Of a stretch of 32,000 nucleotides of DNA, positions 1-7,222 are shown in pieces. Position numbers and translations under genes: made by a program. Position 1 is the stretch's first letter. The number at the start of each line of letters is the position of its first letter. The DNA is from Akkermansia muciniphila ATCC BAA-835 (GTDB taxonomy: Bacteria; Verrucomicrobiota; Verrucomicrobiia; Verrucomicrobiales; Akkermansiaceae): contig NC_010655.1 of NCBI RefSeq assembly GCF_000020225.1, positions 2,340,001 to 2,372,000 on the forward strand, given 5' to 3'. The notes below the pieces were generated by a model. It had not been told where the DNA came from and did not search any database. It saw only the letters and a list, made by a program, of their open reading frames with translations.

Positions 1-524
1 TTCATGCGAATAACCGTTTCCGTGCTTTCCCCGCCGCGCATAAAGCAAACCTCGCTTGAAAAGCTGCTGGGGATATCGCTTCCCGTCCATGTCCGGGCAT
101 CAAATTTTTTCAGCTTTACTGAAAAACCAAGGGGGATATTTTTTCTTCCATTCCCTTCGCCTGCCAGTATTTCGTGTGAGACCTCACCTGCATCCAGAAC
201 GAGTATTCCCTCCGTACGCAGAAAATACTGCAACGCCCCCGCCAAAATCAGTACTACCAGAAAGGCATGCGTGAGGATCAAGCCCACGCCGCGCAGTGTG
301 AAGCGCGCACGCCGGAAAACAGACGCCGAAATATTCAGTACGGCTAATGCCCCTACGCCGGCGCCGCCGATCAGAGAAATCATCCCGAAGGAAAGGCAGC
401 CCCAGCTTTCAAAATACCTGGCCTGTACAGCGGAAACACCGACAGACCGCGCCTCAAGAGTGCCGAGAAAAATGAGCAGCACGGCGTAAGCCATCAGCAC
501 GCACGCGAGACGGGGAGATGCCAT
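1..524 (-). CDS. Cytochrome c biogenesis protein, ResB/CcsB-like (N-terminal part; gene runs off the left edge)
   Basis: Absent from the ORF track because it has no in-window stop. Hand translation of the minus strand from ATG 524-522 gives MASPRLACVLMAYAVLLIFLGTLEARSVG..GMISLIGGAGVGALAVLNISASVFRR..GVGLILTHAFLVVLILAGALQYF..., followed by ..PLGFSVKLKKFDARTWTGSDIPSSFSSEVCFMRGGESTETVIRMN. Hydrophobic helices followed by an F-x-L-x-x-F...G-x-x-x-P-S-x-F-x-S-x-V...I-x-M-N layout are typical of ResB. An alternative TTG start lies at 533. The ATG at 546 is out of frame and terminates quickly. Confidence 0.55.
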   Translation of the reverse strand, partial: MASPRLACVLMAYAVLLIFLGTLEARSVGVSAVQARYFESWGCLSFGMISLIGGAGVGALAVLNISASVFRRARFTLRGVGLILTHAFLVVLILAGALQYFLRTEGILVLDAGEVSHEILAGEGNGRKNIPLGFSVKLKKFDARTWTGSDIPSSFSSEVCFMRGGESTETVIRM

Positions 525-561
525 CCACTGCAAAATTTTCTTCATCAGCAGATACTGAATG

Positions 562-624
562 AAAAAGGGCCGCACGCCTCTGCCGCTCCAGCCGGGAAAC
601 GGAAGCATAGGGTCGTGCGGCCTG
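562..624 (-). terminator. Candidate intrinsic terminator after the ABC binding-protein gene
   Basis: GGCCGCACG (569-577) pairs perfectly with CGTGCGGCC (615-623). On the minus-strand RNA the stem is followed by UUUUUC (complement of 562-567). It lies 27 nt downstream of the stop at 651. The loop is long (about 37 nt), which lowers confidence. Confidence 0.45.
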
Positions 625-650
625 CTTCGTGATGAATAAAGACGGAATAA

Positions 651-1574
651 TTATTTTTTGTCCGTAAAGGCAGCTTCCACTTCAGAGATCATCTTGTTCA
701 GAGAAATGATGCCGCCGCCGGAAAGATACCATACCTGCGGGTCAAGCAGGATGATGGCGCCGTTTTTAGCCGCCTTCGTTTTATTCACAAGCACATTGTT
801 GAGGACATTCGGATTTTTGGCCGAGCGGCCGATAGCTACCGAACGGTCCACCGCAAAGATGATATCGGGATTGAGCATGGCAATGTATTCATAAGTCACC
901 TGCTGCCCATGAACCCCCACCTTGATGTTTTTATCAGCCTGGGCCACTCCCAGGGCATCGTGTACCAACCCAAAGCGGGAACCCGAACCGTAAGCGCTTA
1001 CCTTGCCGTCGTTCGTAAGGAGAACGAGAGCTTTCTTGCCGCTGGCCTGGGCCTTGTCCTTCGTACGGGTTACGGCTTCATCAATGTTTTTGACGGCTTC
1101 GGCTGCCTTTTCGGGCACGCCGAACACATCACCCAGAAGCCTGATGTTTTTCTTGGCTTCCCCCAGCTGATCCTTGGCCAGAGTATCGACCAGGTAAACG
1201 GGGGCGATGGAGGAAAGTTTTTGATAATAATCCTGCTGACGTCCTGAAATAATAATCAAGTCCGGCTTGAACGCATTGATGGTTTCAATATTGAATTCCT
1301 TAACCGTTCCAAGATCCGTATATTGTTCTCCGGAGAATTTGGAGAGGTAAGGAGGAAGGAATTTTTTGGGTAAAGCCAGCGCGGGAGTGACGCCCAGTTC
1401 ACCGATGGTCTCAAGCGAACCGTAGTCCAGCACGGCGACACGTTTCGGATTGACCGGAAGCTCGACCGTGCCCAGCGTGTGCGTGGCGGTGATTGTTTTG
1501 GCTTCATCTGCGGCGGCCATGGAAAGACCGGGAAGAATCAATGCGGCCAGAAATGCGGTGATTGTTGTTCTCAT
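651..1574 (-). CDS. Iron-siderophore ABC transporter periplasmic substrate-binding protein (CeuE/YclQ/FatB-like)
   Basis: 307-aa ORF with signal peptide MRTTITAFLAALILPGLSMAAA. The blocks PKRVAVLDYGSLETIGELGV, FKPDLIIISGRQ and IAPVYLV match class III siderophore-binding proteins of the CeuE/YclQ type. It is the last gene of a permease-permease-ATPase-SBP array. Confidence 0.85.
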   Translation of the reverse strand: MRTTITAFLAALILPGLSMAAADEAKTITATHTLGTVELPVNPKRVAVLDYGSLETIGELGVTPALALPKKFLPPYLSKFSGEQYTDLGTVKEFNIETINAFKPDLIIISGRQQDYYQKLSSIAPVYLVDTLAKDQLGEAKKNIRLLGDVFGVPEKAAEAVKNIDEAVTRTKDKAQASGKKALVLLTNDGKVSAYGSGSRFGLVHDALGVAQADKNIKVGVHGQQVTYEYIAMLNPDIIFAVDRSVAIGRSAKNPNVLNNVLVNKTKAAKNGAIILLDPQVWYLSGGGIISLNKMISEVEAAFTDKK

Positions 1575-1616
1575 ATTATTTGTTGTTGTTTGTTGTTTTG
1601 GGAATTTAAGGAAATT

Positions 1617-2375
1617 CTATTCATAGTATACGCATATCTTTTTATCACCATAGGGTTCTATGGCGATATCCATACCGTAAATATCGCGCAGCACATCTGT
1701 CCGGATGATATCTTCCGTCGGCCCTTGATGGCACAGGATTCCGTCCCTGAATGCCACCACGTAATCCGCATAGAAAGAGACAAAGTTAATATCATGAATT
1801 ACGATGCAGATCGTCTTGCCCTGCTCCCGCACCAGGGAACGCAGCAGTTTCATTATGCGCGCCGCACGATGCATATCAAGGTTGTTCAAAGGTTCATCGA
1901 GAAAGATGTACTTCGTGTCCTGTGCAATGGCCATGGCAATATAGGCCATCTGCCGCTGGCCGCCCGAAAGTTCATCAAGGTAGCAATGGCGCAAATCGGA
2001 AATCTCGGTAAGTTCCAAAGCCTTTTCGATTTGCAGAAAATCCTGATTTTCCAGGCGGCCGCGGGAATGAGGGAAACGTCCGAAGCGAACCAGTTCCTCG
2101 ACCGTGAGCCGCGCCGGAGTATGGAGGGTTTGCCCCAGGATGGTGAGGGTTTTGGCAAGCTCCCGGGAATCCCATTTCCTGAGTTCCCTGCCATCAATGG
2201 ATACAGAGCCTTCGGTGGGTTCCAGAAGGCGGCTGATAATGTTGAGCATCGTGCTCTTTCCGGCGCCATTGCTGCCGATGAAGGCCACCATCCGATCAGA
2301 GGGAAGCCTCGTGCTGACGTGCCTGAGCACGAAGGTTTCACGGTATTTTTTGGAAATGTCTCGTATCTCAATCAT
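1617..2375 (-). CDS. Iron-siderophore ABC transporter ATP-binding protein
   Basis: 252-aa ORF with Walker A GSNGAGKST, ABC signature LSGGQRQ, Walker B IFLDEPLNNLD and H-loop VIHD. ATG 2375 overlaps the upstream stop (ATGA, 2372-2375). Confidence 0.92.
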   Translation of the reverse strand: MIEIRDISKKYRETFVLRHVSTRLPSDRMVAFIGSNGAGKSTMLNIISRLLEPTEGSVSIDGRELRKWDSRELAKTLTILGQTLHTPARLTVEELVRFGRFPHSRGRLENQDFLQIEKALELTEISDLRHCYLDELSGGQRQMAYIAMAIAQDTKYIFLDEPLNNLDMHRAARIMKLLRSLVREQGKTICIVIHDINFVSFYADYVVAFRDGILCHQGPTEDIIRTDVLRDIYGMDIAIEPYGDKKICVYYE

Positions 2376-3382
2376 ATACGTTTAATTTTCATGATCAGGT
2401 AGATAAAGTAAACCCCGCCAACGAAATTGATGATTACGCTCAGGGGCACGGAGAAGTTGAGCCACCGTTCGGTAAGCAGCATGCCGAAAGTCAATGCGGC
2501 TACGCCCACGAGAGCCGTGCCGGGCATGAGGACGATGTGGCGGTAGGTCGGGAATATGAAGCGTGCAATGCTTACGATGAGAATGCCCAGGAAAGTCACC
2601 GGCCCTACGAGCACCGTCGAGGCCGAGGCCAGAATAGAGACGATTATCAGGGAGCGCAGCACCACCCATTTGTAGTTCACGCCCAGCGTAATGGCCGTGG
2701 AGCGGCCCAGCGTAAGCACGTCGAGCTTCCTGAGGTCGCAAACCAGCCAGATGACCGCCGCGGCGATCACAAGCCCTGCCGTAAGCAGCAGTTCTTCATT
2801 GATGCGGTTGAAACTGGCGAAAAGGCGCCCCTCAAGTATGGCAAATTCGCTCGGATCTATCAGCACCTGCATGAAGTTCGACAAGCCTCCGAAGGTTATG
2901 CCGAAGATCATGCCTACCAACACCACAAAATAAATATTGCCGCCATTCTGTCCACGGAACATGTAGAAAAAAATACCCGTAGATACGCAGACCATCAGCA
3001 GCAGGGCTCCCATGAAACAGAGCGGGCTCTGCATGGTCGTCAATTGTGTGCTGCCCACGAAGTAGAGCACGAGCGTCTGCAGTAATACGTAGAGGTTATC
3101 GAGCCCCATCACGCTGGGCGTGAGGATATAGTTGGTTGTGATCGTCTGGAAGACGACTGAAGACAGCCCCACGGCCGTTCCAACCAGCACCAACGCAATA
3201 ACGATGGGAATGCGGCGGGCCATGTTAAAGTCCCACGTTTCGGGTGTCATCCCCTGAAAGACATATACGAGCGCCAGTCCCACGCAGAGCAGTCCCAGAA
3301 TCAGGAAGGCCGGGAACGCGCGACGCCGGCCGGCAGCATTGCGGAAGGCATCATCTTTTTGATGTTGAATGGAATCAGGCAT
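2372..3382 (-). CDS. Iron-siderophore ABC transporter permease (FecCD/BtuC family)
   Basis: Polytopic membrane ORF with typical FecCD-family composition. The track ORF opens at GTG 3421. ATG 3382 (MPDSIQHQ..) gives an 8-nt overlap with the upstream stop and is preferred, but the start is uncertain. Confidence 0.85.
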   Translation of the reverse strand: MPDSIQHQKDDAFRNAAGRRRAFPAFLILGLLCVGLALVYVFQGMTPETWDFNMARRIPIVIALVLVGTAVGLSSVVFQTITTNYILTPSVMGLDNLYVLLQTLVLYFVGSTQLTTMQSPLCFMGALLLMVCVSTGIFFYMFRGQNGGNIYFVVLVGMIFGITFGGLSNFMQVLIDPSEFAILEGRLFASFNRINEELLLTAGLVIAAAVIWLVCDLRKLDVLTLGRSTAITLGVNYKWVVLRSLIIVSILASASTVLVGPVTFLGILIVSIARFIFPTYRHIVLMPGTALVGVAALTFGMLLTERWLNFSVPLSVIINFVGGVYFIYLIMKIKRI

Positions 3383-4340
3383 ACGTTTTTCTATGGAAGA
3401 GCATGGCCAGAAATACAGCACCGCCGACCACGCTCAGGATAACGCCGATGGGGATTTCGAAGGGGGCGATAAGCATGCGCCCTGCCACGTCGCAAACAAG
3501 AACAAGCATGGCCCCCAGCCAAGCCGTATCAAACAAGATTTTCTTCACGGCATCCCCCCGGAAAATGCTCACGATATTGGGCACGATCAACCCGATGAAG
3601 GGGAGGTAGCCTACCTCCACAATCGTGATTGAGCTGATGATGGATACTATCACCAGTCCCATGCGCATGATGCTTGCGTGGTTCAGCCCCAACGCCACCG
3701 CGGCATCACGCCCCATGCCGGCAATCGTAAAGAAATCGGCATAAACATAGGCCAGCAGCATCAACGGGATGCTGGCATAGAGCAATTCATAATTGCCCTC
3801 AATGACAAGGGAGAAACTCCCCTGCAGCCATGACGCCATATTCTGTACAATATCAAACTGGTAGGCATAAAAAACGGCTCCGGCATTCACCACGCCGCCC
3901 AGCATGATTCCTATCAGGGGCACCAGAATGACATTCTGGTGCCGCACGCGCGCAATCACCGCCAGAAAGCATGAGGTGCCTATCAGAGAAATCACGAAGG
4001 CGGCCCCCACGCGCCAAATGGGAGAGGCTCCGGGCAGATAAAGGATGGCGACCATTACCCCAAAGCGGCACCACTCCATCGTGCCTGCCGTGGTCGGCGA
4101 CACGAAGCGGTTATTGGTGATGCGCTGCATGATCAAGCCGCTGATGGCCATGCTGCTGCCTACCACGAGAATGCTGCAGAGGCGCGGAATGCGGCTTTGC
4201 AACATGATCTCCCACCAGAACTGCAGTTGCTCGCCATCCATCCGCCACAGGTCGGACAAGGACACTTGAGCTGCCCCGATAAAGAGCGAATAAAAGGCAA
4301 GGCCAAGCAGAAAGCTCCACTGAATGATTCTGAATGCCAT
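3375..4340 (-). CDS. Iron-siderophore ABC transporter permease (FecCD/BtuC family)
   Basis: 321-aa polytopic membrane ORF and a paralogue of the following permease. The gene order permease-permease-ATPase-SBP is as in ceuBCDE/yclNOPQ. ATG 4340 lies 4 nt after the upstream stop. Confidence 0.88.
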   Translation of the reverse strand: MAFRIIQWSFLLGLAFYSLFIGAAQVSLSDLWRMDGEQLQFWWEIMLQSRIPRLCSILVVGSSMAISGLIMQRITNNRFVSPTTAGTMEWCRFGVMVAILYLPGASPIWRVGAAFVISLIGTSCFLAVIARVRHQNVILVPLIGIMLGGVVNAGAVFYAYQFDIVQNMASWLQGSFSLVIEGNYELLYASIPLMLLAYVYADFFTIAGMGRDAAVALGLNHASIMRMGLVIVSIISSITIVEVGYLPFIGLIVPNIVSIFRGDAVKKILFDTAWLGAMLVLVCDVAGRMLIAPFEIPIGVILSVVGGAVFLAMLFHRKTYA

Positions 4341-4344
4341 TTTC

Positions 4345-5433
4345 TCAGGCTTTCAACACGGCTGCATCAAGTTCCATTTCAAACAACAGATTGTCCCGGC
4401 ACACATCGGCCTGTATGCCGATGCAGGGCATGATGGCGAGGCCGCGGCGCAGAGCTATTTTTTCGTAGTGAGGGGCATAATCCTTGTCTTTGAAATAGGC
4501 TACGGAGCGGACGACATCCTTCCAGCCCATGCCGCGTGATTTCAGGATGGCTTCAATCACGTCCAGCGAGAGCTCTGTTTGTTTGTCGATATCGCCGAGA
4601 TGTACGGATTCGCCGCCAGGGGCAATGCTGGCCGTGCCGGAGACGATGACTTGCCGGAAGAGAGGGTGGTCCACTTCTATCGCACGGCTGAATGAGCTGC
4701 GGTAATCCTGAGCTGAACATTGCAGAGGCGAAGGGATATCTTTTACCGTCACACGGTCGCCCTTAGGCCGAATGGCAAATACGCGGGCCGACAAGGCCGC
4801 ATGTTCCCGATTGCCGGAACCAATCCCCGTACTGGCCGGAACCAGACGATCAAACACGCCGCGGCTTTCAAAAAATGTGTCGCGGGCGCGGTTGAACTCT
4901 TCATACCAGTCCAGCAGGCGGTTGTTGTAAAACCATGTGCGGACCACGTGGGAAAAATCCATGCCGGCCCGGTTCAGCGCTTCTTCCATCTGCCGGAATA
5001 CATCCAATGTCTGCTCAGTCCGTCCGGCTGTCCGGTCGCGGGGCGACAAACCGCCCAAAACGGCATACTCGGCATATTCATCCTCATAAAAAACCCCGGC
5101 GGTGCGGCCATTAAACTCAATCGCCCGGGCATTTATCCCCTCCACCGCGCAAATTTGCATGCCTCGATAGAAGGATGCGCCCGTTTTCGTACCCAAAAAG
5201 GCAGTCATCCCCGCCCCGGGCACCGGGGAGAGATCCAGATCAGCGCTGCCGTACACTTCCGGGCCAATCCACCGAAAACCGCTTTTTTCAGCTTTTTGGA
5301 GTAATTCGGCATGCTCGGCCAACTGCCCAGGTTCGCTTCCGGCAAGCGTAACGAATTGCAGAGATGCGCCTTCGCCGCCCAGCGGGAGCGACTTGACGGA
5401 AACACCTTTGTTTTTTTCCAAGTTGCAGGTCAT
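4345..5433 (-). CDS. RidA/YjgF-fold pseudo-trimer protein, FkbO/Hyg5/XanB2-type chorismatase-like
   Basis: 362-aa ORF. Two clear RidA-like repeats are visible. The first is RTEQTLDVFRQMEEALNRAGMDFSHVVRTWFYNN..YEEFNRARDTFF..PASTGIG. The second is VSGTASIAPGGESVHLGDIDKQTELSLDVIEAILKSRGMGWKDVVRSVAYF. An N-terminal region of about 130 aa precedes them. Size, the R-x-W-x-Y...Y-x-x-F-N-x-x-R block, the STGIG block and the SGTASI..G..vH.GD...Q block recall chorismatases. The assignment is by eye only. Confidence 0.55.
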   Translation of the reverse strand: MTCNLEKNKGVSVKSLPLGGEGASLQFVTLAGSEPGQLAEHAELLQKAEKSGFRWIGPEVYGSADLDLSPVPGAGMTAFLGTKTGASFYRGMQICAVEGINARAIEFNGRTAGVFYEDEYAEYAVLGGLSPRDRTAGRTEQTLDVFRQMEEALNRAGMDFSHVVRTWFYNNRLLDWYEEFNRARDTFFESRGVFDRLVPASTGIGSGNREHAALSARVFAIRPKGDRVTVKDIPSPLQCSAQDYRSSFSRAIEVDHPLFRQVIVSGTASIAPGGESVHLGDIDKQTELSLDVIEAILKSRGMGWKDVVRSVAYFKDKDYAPHYEKIALRRGLAIMPCIGIQADVCRDNLLFEMELDAAVLKA

Positions 5434-5448
5434 GAGTATATTATTTTT

Positions 5449-7101
5449 TTAAAGTGCTTTCAGGAATTGAATCAGTTGGCCGCGCTCTTCGGCGGAGAGA
5501 TGGCGGAACATTTCACGGGAGAATTCGCTTTCACCGAAATGCCACAGGATAGCCTCTTCAAAGTCGCGGGCGCGCAGGTCATGGAACATATCTGTATGAT
5601 TGGCGGTTTTGTGCATCAGCCCCCTTCCCCAGAGGGGCGGCGTACGCCAGAAACGAGAACGTCCGCGGTTGATTTCCCCCATATCGTGACGCAGCATATC
5701 CGTATAGGGGCGGATGGTCTGGTTTGCATAACCGGGAAGCGGCTTATATTCCCCCGTTGTCCATTCAGGCTTGTGGCAACCGGCACACCCCAGTTTATTG
5801 AAGAGTTCCTGTCCGCGGCGCACGTCAGGCTTGTCCAGGTTGCGGGCGGCAGGCACGGCTAGCCCGCGATGCCAGACCATGAAATCTTCATACTGCTGCA
5901 TTGAGAGTTCCTCTTCCTGCGGGCCTTCAAGACCGCTTACATCAATGCCAAGTTCCTTCTGTTTTTCGAGCCATTCGGGCGTCATGTAGATGTTCGGACG
6001 GTTCTTGCGCGTTACATTCGTCACGTTCCAAAGCGCATTGGCGCCAGGACCGTTTTCCAGTGTGGCGCGCGAGCAGTCCCACGTGAACTTTCCGAGGCGC
6101 CGGGTACCGTCGGGCTCGTCAATCCATTTGCCAGGAATCCCCTTCACCGGGCCTGTCATGCTCTGCTGGCGCCTGTATTCGGCAATAATATCCTCGTCAC
6201 GGATGGCATCAAGCAGCCCCGTTCCGTAAATGCCGATTGTTGATTCGATTGACACGCGGTAATCGGCCGGAAGCGGAAGCAACGGCTCAATCACATCTGC
6301 CGTGGGATAAGTCAACGTGCCTTCCGTCGGCTTGCCCGCATTGTAGGGCGTTCCGTCCGGGTATTTGTTTCCGTACTGGTCAACAAAATCATGCCATTCT
6401 ATTTTCACCCCCTTGGCATAAGGCACAAAAGGAGGAACCGCTTTCGTCTGCAGCATGCCCGTGTACCCCTTAACTGGGGTGCCATCGGGATTATGTACAA
6501 AGGCCAGATAACCGTTGCCGTACTGCCTGTCAAAATTGCCGGTGCGCTGTCCGCGGCCATAACCGGGGTGGCAGGCCAGACAGGATGACTTAATGTAAGT
6601 GGGGCCGAGACCGCCGAAGCGATTGCGCTTCACGGGTACGAAGTTCCCTTCAAAAATAATTTCGCCCGCCTTGAAACGATTCGTCAGGCCGGCTTCAGTA
6701 ATTGCCGGCGATTCCTGCTCAAACGCTTTACTGGTGGCATTAAACACCGTTCCCTTTTCACCGCCCAGATAGTAAGCCGGCCCGGGCTCGCCTTCTTTCG
6801 TCCTGAGGACGGGGGGCGTGAAATCACGGCCGCGGTTTACATGGCAGCTCACGCATGAAGCTGTCATGTATTCGGCTTTGATATTGTCAAATTTTGATGC
6901 ACTCCCCTGGGCCGGATTAATCAGTGCGCGTCCGGAAATACGGGGATGTCCCAAAACGCCGGCATTCCTTGCCGTGTCCGGGATAAAAGATTGTTCAGGA
7001 GCCGCATCCCCAGAACCTCCGGAATTCACTATTGCCCAGGCGGCCGCTCCCGCTCCGAGCACCAGGACAGCCGCAGGTTTTGCAAATTGTCGATACTCCA
7101 T
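5449..7101 (-). CDS. DUF1111-family haem-c oxidoreductase (di-haem peroxidase-like) with three CxxCH motifs
   Basis: Family blocks FGGLGPTYIKSSCLACH and RGQELFNKLGCAGCHKPEW are present. The CxxCH motifs, verified on the DNA, are CVSCH 6841-6855, CLACH 6568-6582 and CAGCH 5773-5787. The ORF is open to ATG 7149. ATG 7101 (MEYRQFAKPAAVLVLGAGAAAWAIV, a classic signal or anchor) or ATG 7107 is more likely. Confidence 0.85.
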   Translation of the reverse strand: MEYRQFAKPAAVLVLGAGAAAWAIVNSGGSGDAAPEQSFIPDTARNAGVLGHPRISGRALINPAQGSASKFDNIKAEYMTASCVSCHVNRGRDFTPPVLRTKEGEPGPAYYLGGEKGTVFNATSKAFEQESPAITEAGLTNRFKAGEIIFEGNFVPVKRNRFGGLGPTYIKSSCLACHPGYGRGQRTGNFDRQYGNGYLAFVHNPDGTPVKGYTGMLQTKAVPPFVPYAKGVKIEWHDFVDQYGNKYPDGTPYNAGKPTEGTLTYPTADVIEPLLPLPADYRVSIESTIGIYGTGLLDAIRDEDIIAEYRRQQSMTGPVKGIPGKWIDEPDGTRRLGKFTWDCSRATLENGPGANALWNVTNVTRKNRPNIYMTPEWLEKQKELGIDVSGLEGPQEEELSMQQYEDFMVWHRGLAVPAARNLDKPDVRRGQELFNKLGCAGCHKPEWTTGEYKPLPGYANQTIRPYTDMLRHDMGEINRGRSRFWRTPPLWGRGLMHKTANHTDMFHDLRARDFEEAILWHFGESEFSREMFRHLSAEERGQLIQFLKAL

Positions 7102-7184
7102 GTGCATTGATGATTGGCAGGCTTTCCAGAAATACGGCCCGTGGTACATGTCTCCGTCAGCCGGCCGACAATATGGATATTGCA

Positions 7185-7209
7185 GCCCAGGGTCTTTCCG
7201 ACCCTGGGC
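7185..7209 (-). promoter_or_regulatory. Intercistronic GC-rich stem-loop between the imelysin and DUF1111 genes
   Basis: GCCCAGGGTC (7185-7194) and GACCCTGGGC (7200-7209) form a perfect 10-bp stem with a 5-nt loop, 14 nt after the imelysin stop. No clean U-tract follows on the minus strand, so it reads as an attenuator or processing/stability element rather than a full terminator. Confidence 0.5.
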
Positions 7210-7222
7210 AATGCGTGTTAAA

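Noticed and set aside
4-489. 161-aa plus-strand ORF at the left edge, with the nested ORF at 56-274.
   Set aside because: The opposite strand encodes a membrane protein with ResB-like features over the same span. The plus-strand translation is Pro/Ser/Arg-rich with no motifs.
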